From a virus (taxonomy: Duplodnaviria > Caudoviricetes), in the IMG/VR virus record IMGVR_UViG_3300009678_000037, positions 1 through 38,851 of that record: a DNA stretch of 38,851 nt, one strand, 5' to 3'. Below are positions 1 to 7,394 of the stretch, piece by piece. Position 1 is the first letter of the stretch. Every line of letters starts with the position of its first letter. A model generated the notes under the pieces. That model had not been told where the DNA came from and did no database searches. It was given only the letters and a program-made list of their open reading frames with translations. The translations under genes and the position numbers were made by a program.

Positions 1-123
1 GCGTGGGGCTCGCACGGGGGGCGGCCTTCCGCCGTTCCCCGGCCCGATCCGGTCCCTTCTCTGGGGTCTAAGCTGTGACCCCAAACGCTGCCCCAAAGGT
101 CAACGATATCAAGGGCTTACGGA
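1..123. repeat. Terminal direct repeat, left copy (123 bp)
   Basis: Identical to 38729-38851; circular contig overlap or true DTR. Confidence 0.95.
107..119 (+). promoter_or_regulatory. IHF consensus site
   Basis: TATCAAGGGCTTA matches WATCAANNNNTTR. Confidence 0.6.
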
Positions 124-274
124 TTTGGGGTCTTCTGGGTCCCCCTTTTGCCCCCCTTTCAACCCATATCAGGGAGAAAAACCATATACCCCTGTTTTTA
201 TAGTCATTTCTATATCCTCATATATTAGTTAAAGAGATATGACCCCACAGACCCCAGTAGACTATCCCCTTCAG

Positions 275-287
275 AATCAATGACTTA
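275..287 (+). promoter_or_regulatory. IHF consensus site
   Basis: AATCAATGACTTA matches WATCAANNNNTTR. Confidence 0.65.
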
Positions 288-336
288 GGCCGGGGTCATA
301 CCTCCCTCCGGGGTCGGACCTTTGGAGAGACCCCAG

Positions 337-416
337 ACCGTTTGTCGGCCGCTTTCGTCCGCTCATCGGCGGGCAGGGGGTAGGCTATTGATCCCCCCTC
401 TCCTACCCCTCACTAT
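337..416 (+). promoter_or_regulatory. Early promoter P1 with tandem AlgR-like boxes
   Basis: ACCGTTTGTCGG (337-348), CCGCTCATCGG (359-369), TTGATC(388)-17-CACTAT(411). Confidence 0.55.
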
Positions 417-444
417 TGACTCACACCAAACGAGACACGCCGCC

Positions 445-699
445 ATGACCCAGACACGCCGCCAAGCCATCGCCGAAACCCGCGCTTGTGCCGATGCCCT
501 CATCGAACAGGCCGAACGCTTCGCAAAAGGCTGGGACAAGGGCGGCTGCTACCGGTCGGATGACACGCTCCGCTTTATGACCATCGCACAAGCTCGCCGC
601 CTGCACGTTGAAACGGCGTTCAATCTCTCCCGCCAGTTTGCCAGCGCCTACAATGCGGATGGCAGCCTGACGGATTCCGCAGCCGCTAACGTCGCCTGA
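445..699 (+). CDS. Hypothetical early protein (84 aa)
   Basis: ATG at 445 downstream of P1 preferred over the TTG start at 322. Confidence 0.75.
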   Translation: MTQTRRQAIAETRACADALIEQAERFAKGWDKGGCYRSDDTLRFMTIAQARRLHVETAFNLSRQFASAYNADGSLTDSAAANVA

Positions 700-709
700 G
701 CCGCCCCCA

Positions 710-796
710 ATGCTGCCCCTCGCCGCCTTCCTCGTTATCGCCGTTCCTACCGCCACCCTCGCGGCCCGTCGCATCTGCCGCGCCTTTGGAGTCTGA
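710..796 (+). CDS. Small hydrophobic peptide (28 aa, MLPLAAFLVIAVPTATLAARRICRAFGV)
   Basis: Fills the gap between flanking genes; GAGCCGCCCCCAATG start context shared with other early genes; below ORF-track cutoff. Confidence 0.6.
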   Translation: MLPLAAFLVIAVPTATLAARRICRAFGV

Positions 797-799
797 GCC

Positions 800-985
800 A
801 TGCACCTGACCGACACGGCTACCCTCACCCTGACGGAACGCGAAGTTTTCGTGATCCTGAACGCGCTTTCGACCTATAAGCATCAGCTGGCGCGCGAGGC
901 ACGCGCCGACCCGGCCGACGAAGGGGCAAAGCTGGACCTCGCAGAGGCGCAAGCCCTGACCCGCAAAATCCGGGACGCCCCCTGA
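800..985 (+). CDS. Hypothetical protein (61 aa)
   Basis: ORF in early operon; GGAG upstream. Confidence 0.75.
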   Translation: MHLTDTATLTLTEREVFVILNALSTYKHQLAREARADPADEGAKLDLAEAQALTRKIRDAP

Positions 986-1041
986 CGGCTTCCGCCGATG
1001 CCCCTTCACGCGAGGGGGCAAGGGCCGAAATCGACACCCGT

Positions 1042-1057
1042 TGTTCCACGTGAAACA
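1042..1057. promoter_or_regulatory. parS: Chromosomal-type parS site
   Basis: TGTTCCACGTGAAACA, 16/16 match to TGTTNCACGTGAAACA; intergenic. Confidence 0.8.
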
Positions 1058-1071
1058 CTAGAGGCTAAACC

Positions 1072-1365
1072 ATGAAGCGCCACGTCCGCTATACCGGCAC
1101 CAAAGCCCAGCGCGAAGCCGCAGCATTCTCCGACGCCTGCGCATGGCTGCGCGATAACGCCGCGCCGGGAGGGCTGGATATGCTCTGCCATCACGTCCGC
1201 AAATGCTACGCCCAGCAAGGGCCGCGCGTGGCCTACCGCTCGACCCTCTTTTATCTGGGGCTCGCTGGCGTGGAAGGCTTGCCCGCTTATGCCTTCATCC
1301 GTGCCCAGATCAGGGACGCCGCAGCCATCCGGGCCGCGTCCAATGTTGCCCCCTTCACCCGCTGA
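1072..1365 (+). CDS. Hypothetical protein (97 aa)
   Basis: GAGG RBS; ORF. Confidence 0.75.
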   Translation: MKRHVRYTGTKAQREAAAFSDACAWLRDNAAPGGLDMLCHHVRKCYAQQGPRVAYRSTLFYLGLAGVEGLPAYAFIRAQIRDAAAIRAASNVAPFTR

Positions 1366-1384
1366 GCCTTTGGAGCATCCTCCC

Positions 1385-1594
1385 ATGAACGAAGCCCGCG
1401 CCGCTATTCTAGACCAATTGGCCGCCTACGCTGAGCACGTCATTCTAATGACTCGCGCGGCGGGGGAATATGAGCGGCGGGGTCAGCATGGATGGGCCAT
1501 GACTGAGCGCATGTTTGCCGGGCTTGAGGCAACGGCCGCCCAGCATCGCGCGCAAAGCGTCTGGGCATGGCGGAGAGAGTACGGCATAGAATGA
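1385..1594 (+). CDS. Hypothetical protein (69 aa)
   Basis: GGAG RBS then ATG at 1385 (MNEARAAIL). Confidence 0.7.
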   Translation: MNEARAAILDQLAAYAEHVILMTRAAGEYERRGQHGWAMTERMFAGLEATAAQHRAQSVWAWRREYGIE

Positions 1595-1651
1595 CCGTTC
1601 GTCGGCTCGCCCCTCTGGGGGGTTGACACCCTCCCCCCTCTGACCCATACT
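1594..1651 (+). promoter_or_regulatory. Early promoter P2 with AlgR-like box
   Basis: ACCGTTCGTCGG (1594-1605); TTGACA(1623)-17-CATACT(1646). Confidence 0.8.
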
Positions 1652-1686
1652 GGCATCACACCAAACGCAACCCCGGAGCCGCCCAA

Positions 1687-1974
1687 ATGTCCACGACCAT
1701 TCGCCGCCTCATCGCTACCCGCTACGTCGGCCCGACCGCCCACCGCCCCAGCGGCGTTGTCTGCAAGGCATATAGTCATCCGTCCCGCCGCATCGCGTAC
1801 ACGTATGAGCCGGACCCCTTTCAGGTAGCCGCCGAAACGTATGCCGGTACGGTCCTGCTGGACAACGTGCGGAAGCATTGGGGCCCGTCGGCCGTGATCG
1901 TGGGCGATCTGGACAAGATCACGCTCCCGAATGGGGATGCGGCATTCATCGCTGAATTCTACGTCAAGGGCTGA
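1687..1974 (+). CDS. Hypothetical phage protein (95 aa)
   Basis: GGAG RBS; N-terminal TRYVGPTAHRPS resembles a recurring phage early-protein motif. Confidence 0.8.
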   Translation: MSTTIRRLIATRYVGPTAHRPSGVVCKAYSHPSRRIAYTYEPDPFQVAAETYAGTVLLDNVRKHWGPSAVIVGDLDKITLPNGDAAFIAEFYVKG

Positions 1975-1980
1975 GCCGCC

Positions 1981-2202
1981 ATGCGAATCACGACGGACAC
2001 CTATTGCAGACGGCCCCGTGCCGTTCTGCTGAACGATGACGGGGCGCGCGTGGCGTCCTCCATGATCCGCCCCGGAGAGACACCCCGGCAAGCGTTGGAA
2101 AGGCTCCGGGACCATTGGATAGCGGAACGGGACCGGGCCGAAAAGGCCGCCGCAAAATTCACCGGGCTGGACTACGCCCGCAACCCTCAGGAAGCCGCTT
2201 AA
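1981..2202 (+). CDS. Hypothetical protein (73 aa)
   Basis: Tightly packed ORF. Confidence 0.7.
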   Translation: MRITTDTYCRRPRAVLLNDDGARVASSMIRPGETPRQALERLRDHWIAERDRAEKAAAKFTGLDYARNPQEAA

Positions 2203-2526
2203 ATGAACGCTGAACAGACCCCCTCCCCCGCTGCACCGGCCCCGGCCGTCCCGGTTCCCATGATCCGCCTGCTAGCTATTGACGCATGGCGCGAGGGCTC
2301 CGGCTGGACGTGGAACAATTGGTTTCCGCGCGGCTGGGTTCCGCTGGAATGGGTCCACCTGAAACCGCGCCAGCTTTTGGCCGCCCTCCGCCAGCTGGAA
2401 TCCGTGACCATCCCCGCCCCCGGCTATGCGGCTATCGAAGACGATGGATTTAACGTCGTCGTGATGCACCGGACAACGGGTCAGCCCGTCGTGGCTTTGG
2501 AGTATGGACGCCACCAGCCCCACTAG
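2203..2526 (+). CDS. Hypothetical Trp-rich phage protein (107 aa)
   Basis: Abuts previous stop; IDAWREGSGWTWNNW motif. Confidence 0.75.
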   Translation: MNAEQTPSPAAPAPAVPVPMIRLLAIDAWREGSGWTWNNWFPRGWVPLEWVHLKPRQLLAALRQLESVTIPAPGYAAIEDDGFNVVVMHRTTGQPVVALEYGRHQPH

Positions 2527-2532
2527 CCGCCG

Positions 2533-2590
2533 ACCGTTCGTCGGGAAGTCATCCGGAGGGCTTGACACCCTCCCCCCCTTGCCCTAATCT
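2533..2590 (+). promoter_or_regulatory. Early promoter P3 with AlgR-like box
   Basis: ACCGTTCGTCGG (2533-2544); TTGACA(2562)-17-TAATCT(2585). Confidence 0.8.
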
Positions 2591-2634
2591 GTACCTGTAC
2601 CACCCACCCACCGCCCAGCTAGGAAACTGCCCAA

Positions 2635-3474
2635 ATGTCCAGCCTCGCCGCTCGCTTCGCCGCCCCCGTCCAGTACCGCTCCGACCGTCCCCTGAGCAAT
2701 GACCAAATCATGGCCGTTGCCCCCTCCATTTTCGCGGAAGACGCGCACCATAGCCGCTCCGACCGCTATACCTTCGTCCCCACCGTCCGCGTTCTGGACG
2801 GGCTCCGCCGCGAGGGTTTCGAGCCCTTCATGGTGGGCCAGAGCCGCACCCGCGTTGCCGATAAGCGCGAGTTTACCAAGCATATGATCCGCCTGCGTCA
2901 CGCTTCCCAGATCAACGAGGGGGAAGCCAATGAAATTATCCTCATCAATAGCCACGACGGAACGTCGTCTTATCAGATGCTCGCCGGCATGTTCCGCTTT
3001 GTGTGCATGAACGGGCTTGTCTGCGGTGACAAGATGGCAGATATCCGCGTCCGTCATAAGGGCAATATCGTGGACGACGTAATCGAGGGAGCGTTTACCG
3101 TCGTGGACCAATTCGCCCAGATCGGCGAAAAGCGCGAGGAAATGAAGGCCCTCACCCTGTCCCCGGCTGAACAAAATGTCTTCGCTTCTGCGGCCCTGCA
3201 CACCAAGTATGAACCCGACCCGGTTTCGGGTGCCTTCCCGATCCAGCCGGCCGCGATCCTCCGCCCCCGCCGCTGGGAAGACAATAGCTCCGACTTGTGG
3301 AGCGTCTTTAACCGGGCTCAGGAAAACCTGATTAAGGGTGGCCTGCGTGGCCGCGCTGCTACCGGCCGCCGTACCACGTCCCGCGAAGTCACCGGGATTG
3401 ACCAAAACGTGAAGGTTAACCGGGCCCTCTGGGAACTGGCGGAAGGCATGGCGGCCCTTAAGCAAGCCGCCTAA
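2635..3474 (+). CDS. DUF932 (DUF945)-family protein, plasmid/prophage type
   Basis: RSDRYTFVPT, KHMIRLR, EIILINSHDGTSSYQMLAGMFRFVCMNG and LWSVFNRAQEN family motifs. Confidence 0.92.
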   Translation: MSSLAARFAAPVQYRSDRPLSNDQIMAVAPSIFAEDAHHSRSDRYTFVPTVRVLDGLRREGFEPFMVGQSRTRVADKREFTKHMIRLRHASQINEGEANEIILINSHDGTSSYQMLAGMFRFVCMNGLVCGDKMADIRVRHKGNIVDDVIEGAFTVVDQFAQIGEKREEMKALTLSPAEQNVFASAALHTKYEPDPVSGAFPIQPAAILRPRRWEDNSSDLWSVFNRAQENLIKGGLRGRAATGRRTTSREVTGIDQNVKVNRALWELAEGMAALKQAA

Positions 3475-3493
3475 TCCGGCAAAGGGGGAGGGC

Positions 3494-3522
3494 TTGACCC
3501 TCCCCCCGCCCCGTGCGATGAT
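3494..3522 (+). promoter_or_regulatory. Early promoter P4
   Basis: TTGACC-17-GATGAT with upstream TG; -35 inside a 9-bp inverted repeat. Confidence 0.55.
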
Positions 3523-3556
3523 TCCCTCACACCCCAGCCACCCGGAACCGCCCCAG

Positions 3557-3790
3557 ATGAAGCCCTCAAATCTCCCCGCCACCCATACCGGCCGAATCCA
3601 TACCAGCGGAATCGGGACCGCGAAAGGCACCGTTAAGGTCGCCAAGCTGATTCAGAATCGCCTGACGTGGCGGGACGTGGAAACGGGCCAGCTTTACAGC
3701 AAGGTGACGGGCTGCGTCCGTCCCTGCAACGTCTGGGACCGCCGTTGTCTGGATACCGATACCGTCGCCCCCATCAATCCGGAGGGCTGA
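3557..3790 (+). CDS. Hypothetical protein (77 aa)
   Basis: ATG at 3557 after GGAACCGCCCC; the track's TTG start is the -35 box. Confidence 0.7.
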   Translation: MKPSNLPATHTGRIHTSGIGTAKGTVKVAKLIQNRLTWRDVETGQLYSKVTGCVRPCNVWDRRCLDTDTVAPINPEG

Positions 3791-3793
3791 GTA

Positions 3794-4054
3794 ATGGGCC
3801 GCTATCAAACCCTTGTGTACCGTGCCCGGTCCTCGTTTGAAATGGCAGACGGCCGCACGCTGGCCTGTGAATATACCTTCTGGCATTGTGCCGACGATGG
3901 GGATTCAAGCGAGCCCGAATTTACCCTAGAGGGGGAACCGGTGGAACTGGCCGACCTCCCCAAAGGGTTGGACGTGATCGCGGCCCGCCTGCTGGACGAT
4001 CCGCGCGCAAGGGTGGAGAGGGTAGAGGATGAGCCGGCATGGGGGGATGACTAA
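3794..4054 (+). CDS. Hypothetical acidic protein (86 aa)
   Basis: GGAGG RBS. Confidence 0.75.
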   Translation: MGRYQTLVYRARSSFEMADGRTLACEYTFWHCADDGDSSEPEFTLEGEPVELADLPKGLDVIAARLLDDPRARVERVEDEPAWGDD

Positions 4055-4299
4055 TGCGACCCATCGGCCCATCCCCGCTAAACGTCGCCGCTACCCTCAT
4101 CCTGATAACGGTAGCGGCCCCCATTTTCGCCATTGTCCCGGCCGCCCTTTTCGGATGGGCTGCGGCGCAATGGATCAATAACCATGACGCCCTAGTGTCT
4201 GCGGCCGTTGCTTACTTGTTTTGTAGCGGGTGGCTATGGTGGAGTTTTTACCTTGTTTGTTTCGGAACCGGAGAGAGTTATGACAACCCCCCAGAATAA
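4054..4299 (+). CDS. Small membrane protein (81 aa, ~2 TM)
   Basis: TAATG coupling; two hydrophobic segments. Confidence 0.7.
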   Translation: MRPIGPSPLNVAATLILITVAAPIFAIVPAALFGWAAAQWINNHDALVSAAVAYLFCSGWLWWSFYLVCFGTGESYDNPPE

Positions 4300-4885
4300 C
4301 CCCGCCGCTACCCTTGCCGCCTTGTGCATCTTTAACGGGCTGAACCTGTCCCCCGTTTTTGCCTCTCCCGATTCCCGCTATCAGCTGGCGGGGGCTCCCC
4401 TTTCCCCCAGGTTTGTCCAGTGTCGGAATTACCTGTCCCGGTTTTTCCATCCGTCGCAGCCATCCCCGGAAGACTTCGCCCCTTTGGAGGTATTCAATGG
4501 GGCCGTAGCAGCCGCCCAGTGGATCAGGGGCGCGGTCGGGACGTTGCAGCATTCCCTATACGCTGAGCATCGCATTGACGTTCCTGACGCGGCTGGCGTT
4601 GATCCTGCGGCATGGTTCGATGAACTGGACGCAATCGCGGCCCTACTGCTGGCGGTAGAGCCTGACGCAATCAGCCATGAGCTAATTGAATCCGTCATGG
4701 ACGCATGGCAGGAACCGGACATTATCCCAAAGTATGAGGATAGCCGGGCGTCCTTCCTGTCCCGCTACTATGCTCAGGCGCGCAGGCTGCGCGATGCTGG
4801 GCAGATGATGACCAACGCCCAGACCATCAGCCGGGCCCGTACTTTGTTCAAGCTCCCGGAGGGCCGAAACCTGCCAATCTTTTAA
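4280..4885 (+). CDS. Hypothetical protein (201 aa)
   Basis: GGAGAGAG RBS then ATG at 4280. Confidence 0.75.
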   Translation: MTTPQNNPAATLAALCIFNGLNLSPVFASPDSRYQLAGAPLSPRFVQCRNYLSRFFHPSQPSPEDFAPLEVFNGAVAAAQWIRGAVGTLQHSLYAEHRIDVPDAAGVDPAAWFDELDAIAALLLAVEPDAISHELIESVMDAWQEPDIIPKYEDSRASFLSRYYAQARRLRDAGQMMTNAQTISRARTLFKLPEGRNLPIF

Positions 4886-4906
4886 GCAAAAAATCCCAAT
4901 TAGCTA

Positions 4907-4934
4907 TTGACACCCGCAAAAAACCCTGTATTCT
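4907..4934 (+). promoter_or_regulatory. Promoter P5
   Basis: TTGACA-16-TATTCT with an A-rich upstream tract. Confidence 0.65.
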
Positions 4935-4982
4935 GACCCTACGCGCAACCCGCGCGTAACACTCACTCAAAAGGTCCCCGCC

Positions 4983-5504
4983 ATGAACCGCAATGAACTC
5001 CTCGCCGCCGCCGGTCTTTCCGTCTTCACTCCCCGCCTCGGTCAGTCGCCGCAGGATTACGCCGTCGCCCAGATGAAGGGCCGGGGTGACTCTTTCTCGG
5101 TCGGCCCGTTCCGTGAAACCGGTCGCAAGATCGTGGAAGCGCAGGCCGTCAACGGGGTGGCCCTTGTTGTCCTGTCCCGCGTCAACCTGACGGAAGCCGC
5201 AAAGGATGACGTGAAGGGCTACCAGATCACGGTTTTCGATTTGGCCGGTTCCGTCATCTCCGAAAGCCCGCTGGACGATACCGCCCCGAAGGGCAATAAG
5301 CGCGGTTTCGATGTTTACGGTGCGACGTTGCAGGCAATCGCAGGCCGCTCCGACCTCATCGCCGCCGCTGTCCGGTCGGCCCGTGACGCTGCACAGAGCC
5401 GCGTCAATGAACTGGACGCCCTGCTGTCCGAATGCGCCCCGTCCGAAGTCGCCGAAAGCGATGCCGGCGAAGCCACCGACGAGCCGCAGGCCGCCACCGG
5501 CTGA
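4983..5504 (+). CDS. Hypothetical protein with acidic tail (173 aa)
   Basis: AAGG RBS; first gene after P5. Confidence 0.8.
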   Translation: MNRNELLAAAGLSVFTPRLGQSPQDYAVAQMKGRGDSFSVGPFRETGRKIVEAQAVNGVALVVLSRVNLTEAAKDDVKGYQITVFDLAGSVISESPLDDTAPKGNKRGFDVYGATLQAIAGRSDLIAAAVRSARDAAQSRVNELDALLSECAPSEVAESDAGEATDEPQAATG

Positions 5505-5625
5505 ACGTCGCCCCGTGCGGGGCGGCTAGAGGTAAACGCTGCCTTAGCACGTTGCGACGTGTCCCTACAGGCCAAACCGATGCCCCCATTCCGGGGGCAT
5601 CACCCACCCCAGAAGAGAGGAAAAT

Positions 5626-5802
5626 ATGGCTCAGTCCTTCACGGCTGCGTGCAAGGCGTTTTTCGGTTTCAAGGAAGATCAGAAGATTTCCGACTTCGCG
5701 GCTGAATTGCGCGAGTTGTCCCACGCTGAAAAGCTGGAACTCGCGGCCGGTATGCGGGCCGCTGGGATCGACTGCGAAGACCCCGCCACCCCCGCCCAGT
5801 AA
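5626..5802 (+). CDS. Small hypothetical protein (58 aa, MAQSFTAACKAFFGFKEDQKISDF...)
   Basis: AGAGGA RBS; natural composition; not in ORF track. Confidence 0.8.
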   Translation: MAQSFTAACKAFFGFKEDQKISDFAAELRELSHAEKLELAAGMRAAGIDCEDPATPAQ

Positions 5803-5850
5803 TCGAGTGCCCCCGGAAGGGGGCATTCCCGTATCTAAAGAGAGGCTAAA

Positions 5851-6120
5851 ATGAGCATGTCCGAAACGCTTACCGCTTACCGTCCGAACTATGCCGATGG
5901 TATCGGCCCGAACGGCACCCCCACAAAGCATAACGGCGATTACGTGGCCCGCCGACTGCTGAAAAAGACGGTGGAGGAAGTCCATTGTTTCATCATGGGC
6001 CGCACCGGCAAGGCTTACAGCCACCTGAATAACGGGCATATCCGTATGTGCTGCGGTAACGTGATTCGCCGCCTCTACAACGAGCGCGACCCGGCTACCC
6101 TTGTCTTCCTTCGGAGCTAA
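5851..6120 (+). CDS. Hypothetical protein (89 aa)
   Basis: GAGG RBS. Confidence 0.8.
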   Translation: MSMSETLTAYRPNYADGIGPNGTPTKHNGDYVARRLLKKTVEEVHCFIMGRTGKAYSHLNNGHIRMCCGNVIRRLYNERDPATLVFLRS

Positions 6121-6125
6121 AGCAA

Positions 6126-6407
6126 ATGACGTGCATCAAAACAGGCGCGCGGGTCTACTTTGAAAACTATGGGATCATCGCCGCCGCCGACCTGTATACC
6201 GTGGGGGATACCATCATCATCCGATGGACCCCGCAATCCTACAATCAGGCCACCCGCGAGGATATCAAACAAGCGACTCATTCCGTCTTCCTGCGTGGCT
6301 CCGACCTTTGGCACCGGGAAGATTTGGGCGTTACCGTCGTCCCCTCGCACATGATCCGCACCCTGCCCCAACCTGAGGAATCAAGCCATGAGCATGACCA
6401 AGCGTAA
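6126..6407 (+). CDS. Hypothetical protein (93 aa)
   Basis: GGAG RBS. Confidence 0.75.
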   Translation: MTCIKTGARVYFENYGIIAAADLYTVGDTIIIRWTPQSYNQATREDIKQATHSVFLRGSDLWHREDLGVTVVPSHMIRTLPQPEESSHEHDQA

Positions 6408-6816
6408 GACCGCCGCCCAGCGCACGCGCGCCGGCCAAGCCGCCAAGTCCAGCCGCAAGGAAGAAATCGTGATGGAGCAATCCCCAAAGGGCTGGGAGGA
6501 AAGCCCGCTCCGGCAGGCTATGAAAACCGTGGAAGCGATTGAAGAGGAAGTCACGCACGCACGGGCAGAAGTGGAGGGGCACCGGGGGCAGATGGAAAGG
6601 CTTGAAAAGGAATACAAGAAAACAAACACGCATTTCCAGGATGCAAGCGGCTTGCTTCACGCCGCAGAAGCGAAGCTCTCGCGCGCGTTGGACGATATGC
6701 GAAACGAGTCATACAAAAACGAGCCTTACAACAATTGCAAAGCGGCCCAAGTCTGCGAGGCTGAAATGGCGTGCCGGTCGCAGGGAACGCTAGGCGGCAC
6801 TGGGAAGTACCGCTAA
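6388..6816 (+). CDS. Hypothetical coiled-coil protein (142 aa)
   Basis: GAGGA RBS; E/K/A-rich helical stretch. Confidence 0.7.
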   Translation: MSMTKRKTAAQRTRAGQAAKSSRKEEIVMEQSPKGWEESPLRQAMKTVEAIEEEVTHARAEVEGHRGQMERLEKEYKKTNTHFQDASGLLHAAEAKLSRALDDMRNESYKNEPYNNCKAAQVCEAEMACRSQGTLGGTGKYR

Positions 6817-6817
6817 A

Positions 6818-7015
6818 ATGACCCGCCGCATTGACCTTTTGCGGTACGTCAAAAACACGGCCGGGAATGCAACCCTGCAAGACTTCATCATTGACTGGGA
6901 ACCCATCGGCGGGTTAGCATGGGATGACCTTTCAAAAAAGGGTTACGTTACCCTCAATGAAGAGGGGAAGATTGCACTAACAGAAGAGGGGCAGAAGTAC
7001 CATGACGGAAACTGA
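6818..7015 (+). CDS. Hypothetical protein (65 aa), possible winged-helix C-terminus
   Basis: LSKKGYV...IALTEEG pattern. Confidence 0.7.
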   Translation: MTRRIDLLRYVKNTAGNATLQDFIIDWEPIGGLAWDDLSKKGYVTLNEEGKIALTEEGQKYHDGN

Positions 7016-7059
7016 CAAGAACTGGCCGGACAATCTCCCGGCAATGCGGAGGCAAAACC

Positions 7060-7164
7060 ATGAGCAGGAACGGCGGAGCGAAACACGGCCGGAGCTACTA
7101 CAAACAGGGGGGCAAGCGGAAGGCCCGAAAGGAACGGGCGAAGCGCAGGGAAAAGCGCAAATGA
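7060..7164 (+). CDS. Highly basic 34-aa peptide (MSRNGGAKHGRSYYKQGGKRKARKERAKRREKRK)
   Basis: GGAGG RBS at 7048-7052; stop overlaps next ATG (ATGA). Confidence 0.6.
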   Translation: MSRNGGAKHGRSYYKQGGKRKARKERAKRREKRK

Positions 7165-7394
7165 CGTATGAGCAAAAATTCCGCAAGCTCAGGGTTGCGG
7201 TTCTGGACCTCATGGACCTCCCGGAAGACAATAAAGGCGACCTAATTGGGTTGCTTGATTCGCTCATCCGGGAGAAGCCAGCGGACGCAGATGAAAAGCG
7301 TACCCAGTCCGTTTCCCTGCGGCTTGTTGTCGCGCTGCTGGAAACGCATGATTCAGGGCTCAATGAAGGCATCAACGTAGGGGTTAGACTGTGA
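7161..7394 (+). CDS. Hypothetical protein (77 aa; alternative start at 7002)
   Basis: ATGA coupling to the upstream peptide. Confidence 0.65.
   Translation: MTYEQKFRKLRVAVLDLMDLPEDNKGDLIGLLDSLIREKPADADEKRTQSVSLRLVVALLETHDSGLNEGINVGVRL

Larger units (their letters stand above)
63..334. other. Putative replication origin: GGGGTC/GACCCC iterons around an AT-rich core
   Basis: Eight GGGGTC/GACCCC hexamers (63, 77, 127, 241, 250, 292, 310, 329) in both orientations; AT-rich tract ~176-240; non-coding. Confidence 0.55.

Noticed and set aside
1-123. 123-bp repeat as a biological terminal repeat
   Set aside because: Cannot be distinguished from assembler circular overlap without reads; it also cuts through the origin-like element
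915-925. Reverse near-match to the AlgR-like box (CCGACGAAGGG)
   Set aside because: Within a CDS, mismatch in the core, no associated promoter
2308-2317. parS half-site ACGTGGAACA
   Set aside because: Only one arm; explained by the Trp-Thr-Trp-Asn codons
2584-3645. 353-aa minus-strand ORF (also 11495-12412, 34789-35787, 36137-36877, 30687-31424)
   Set aside because: Antisense shadows of well-supported genes in GC-rich DNA; no RBS or motifs
5432-5854. 140-aa + strand ORF
   Set aside because: Overlaps a better-supported 58-aa gene with a strong RBS; Arg/Pro/Ser-rich off-frame composition
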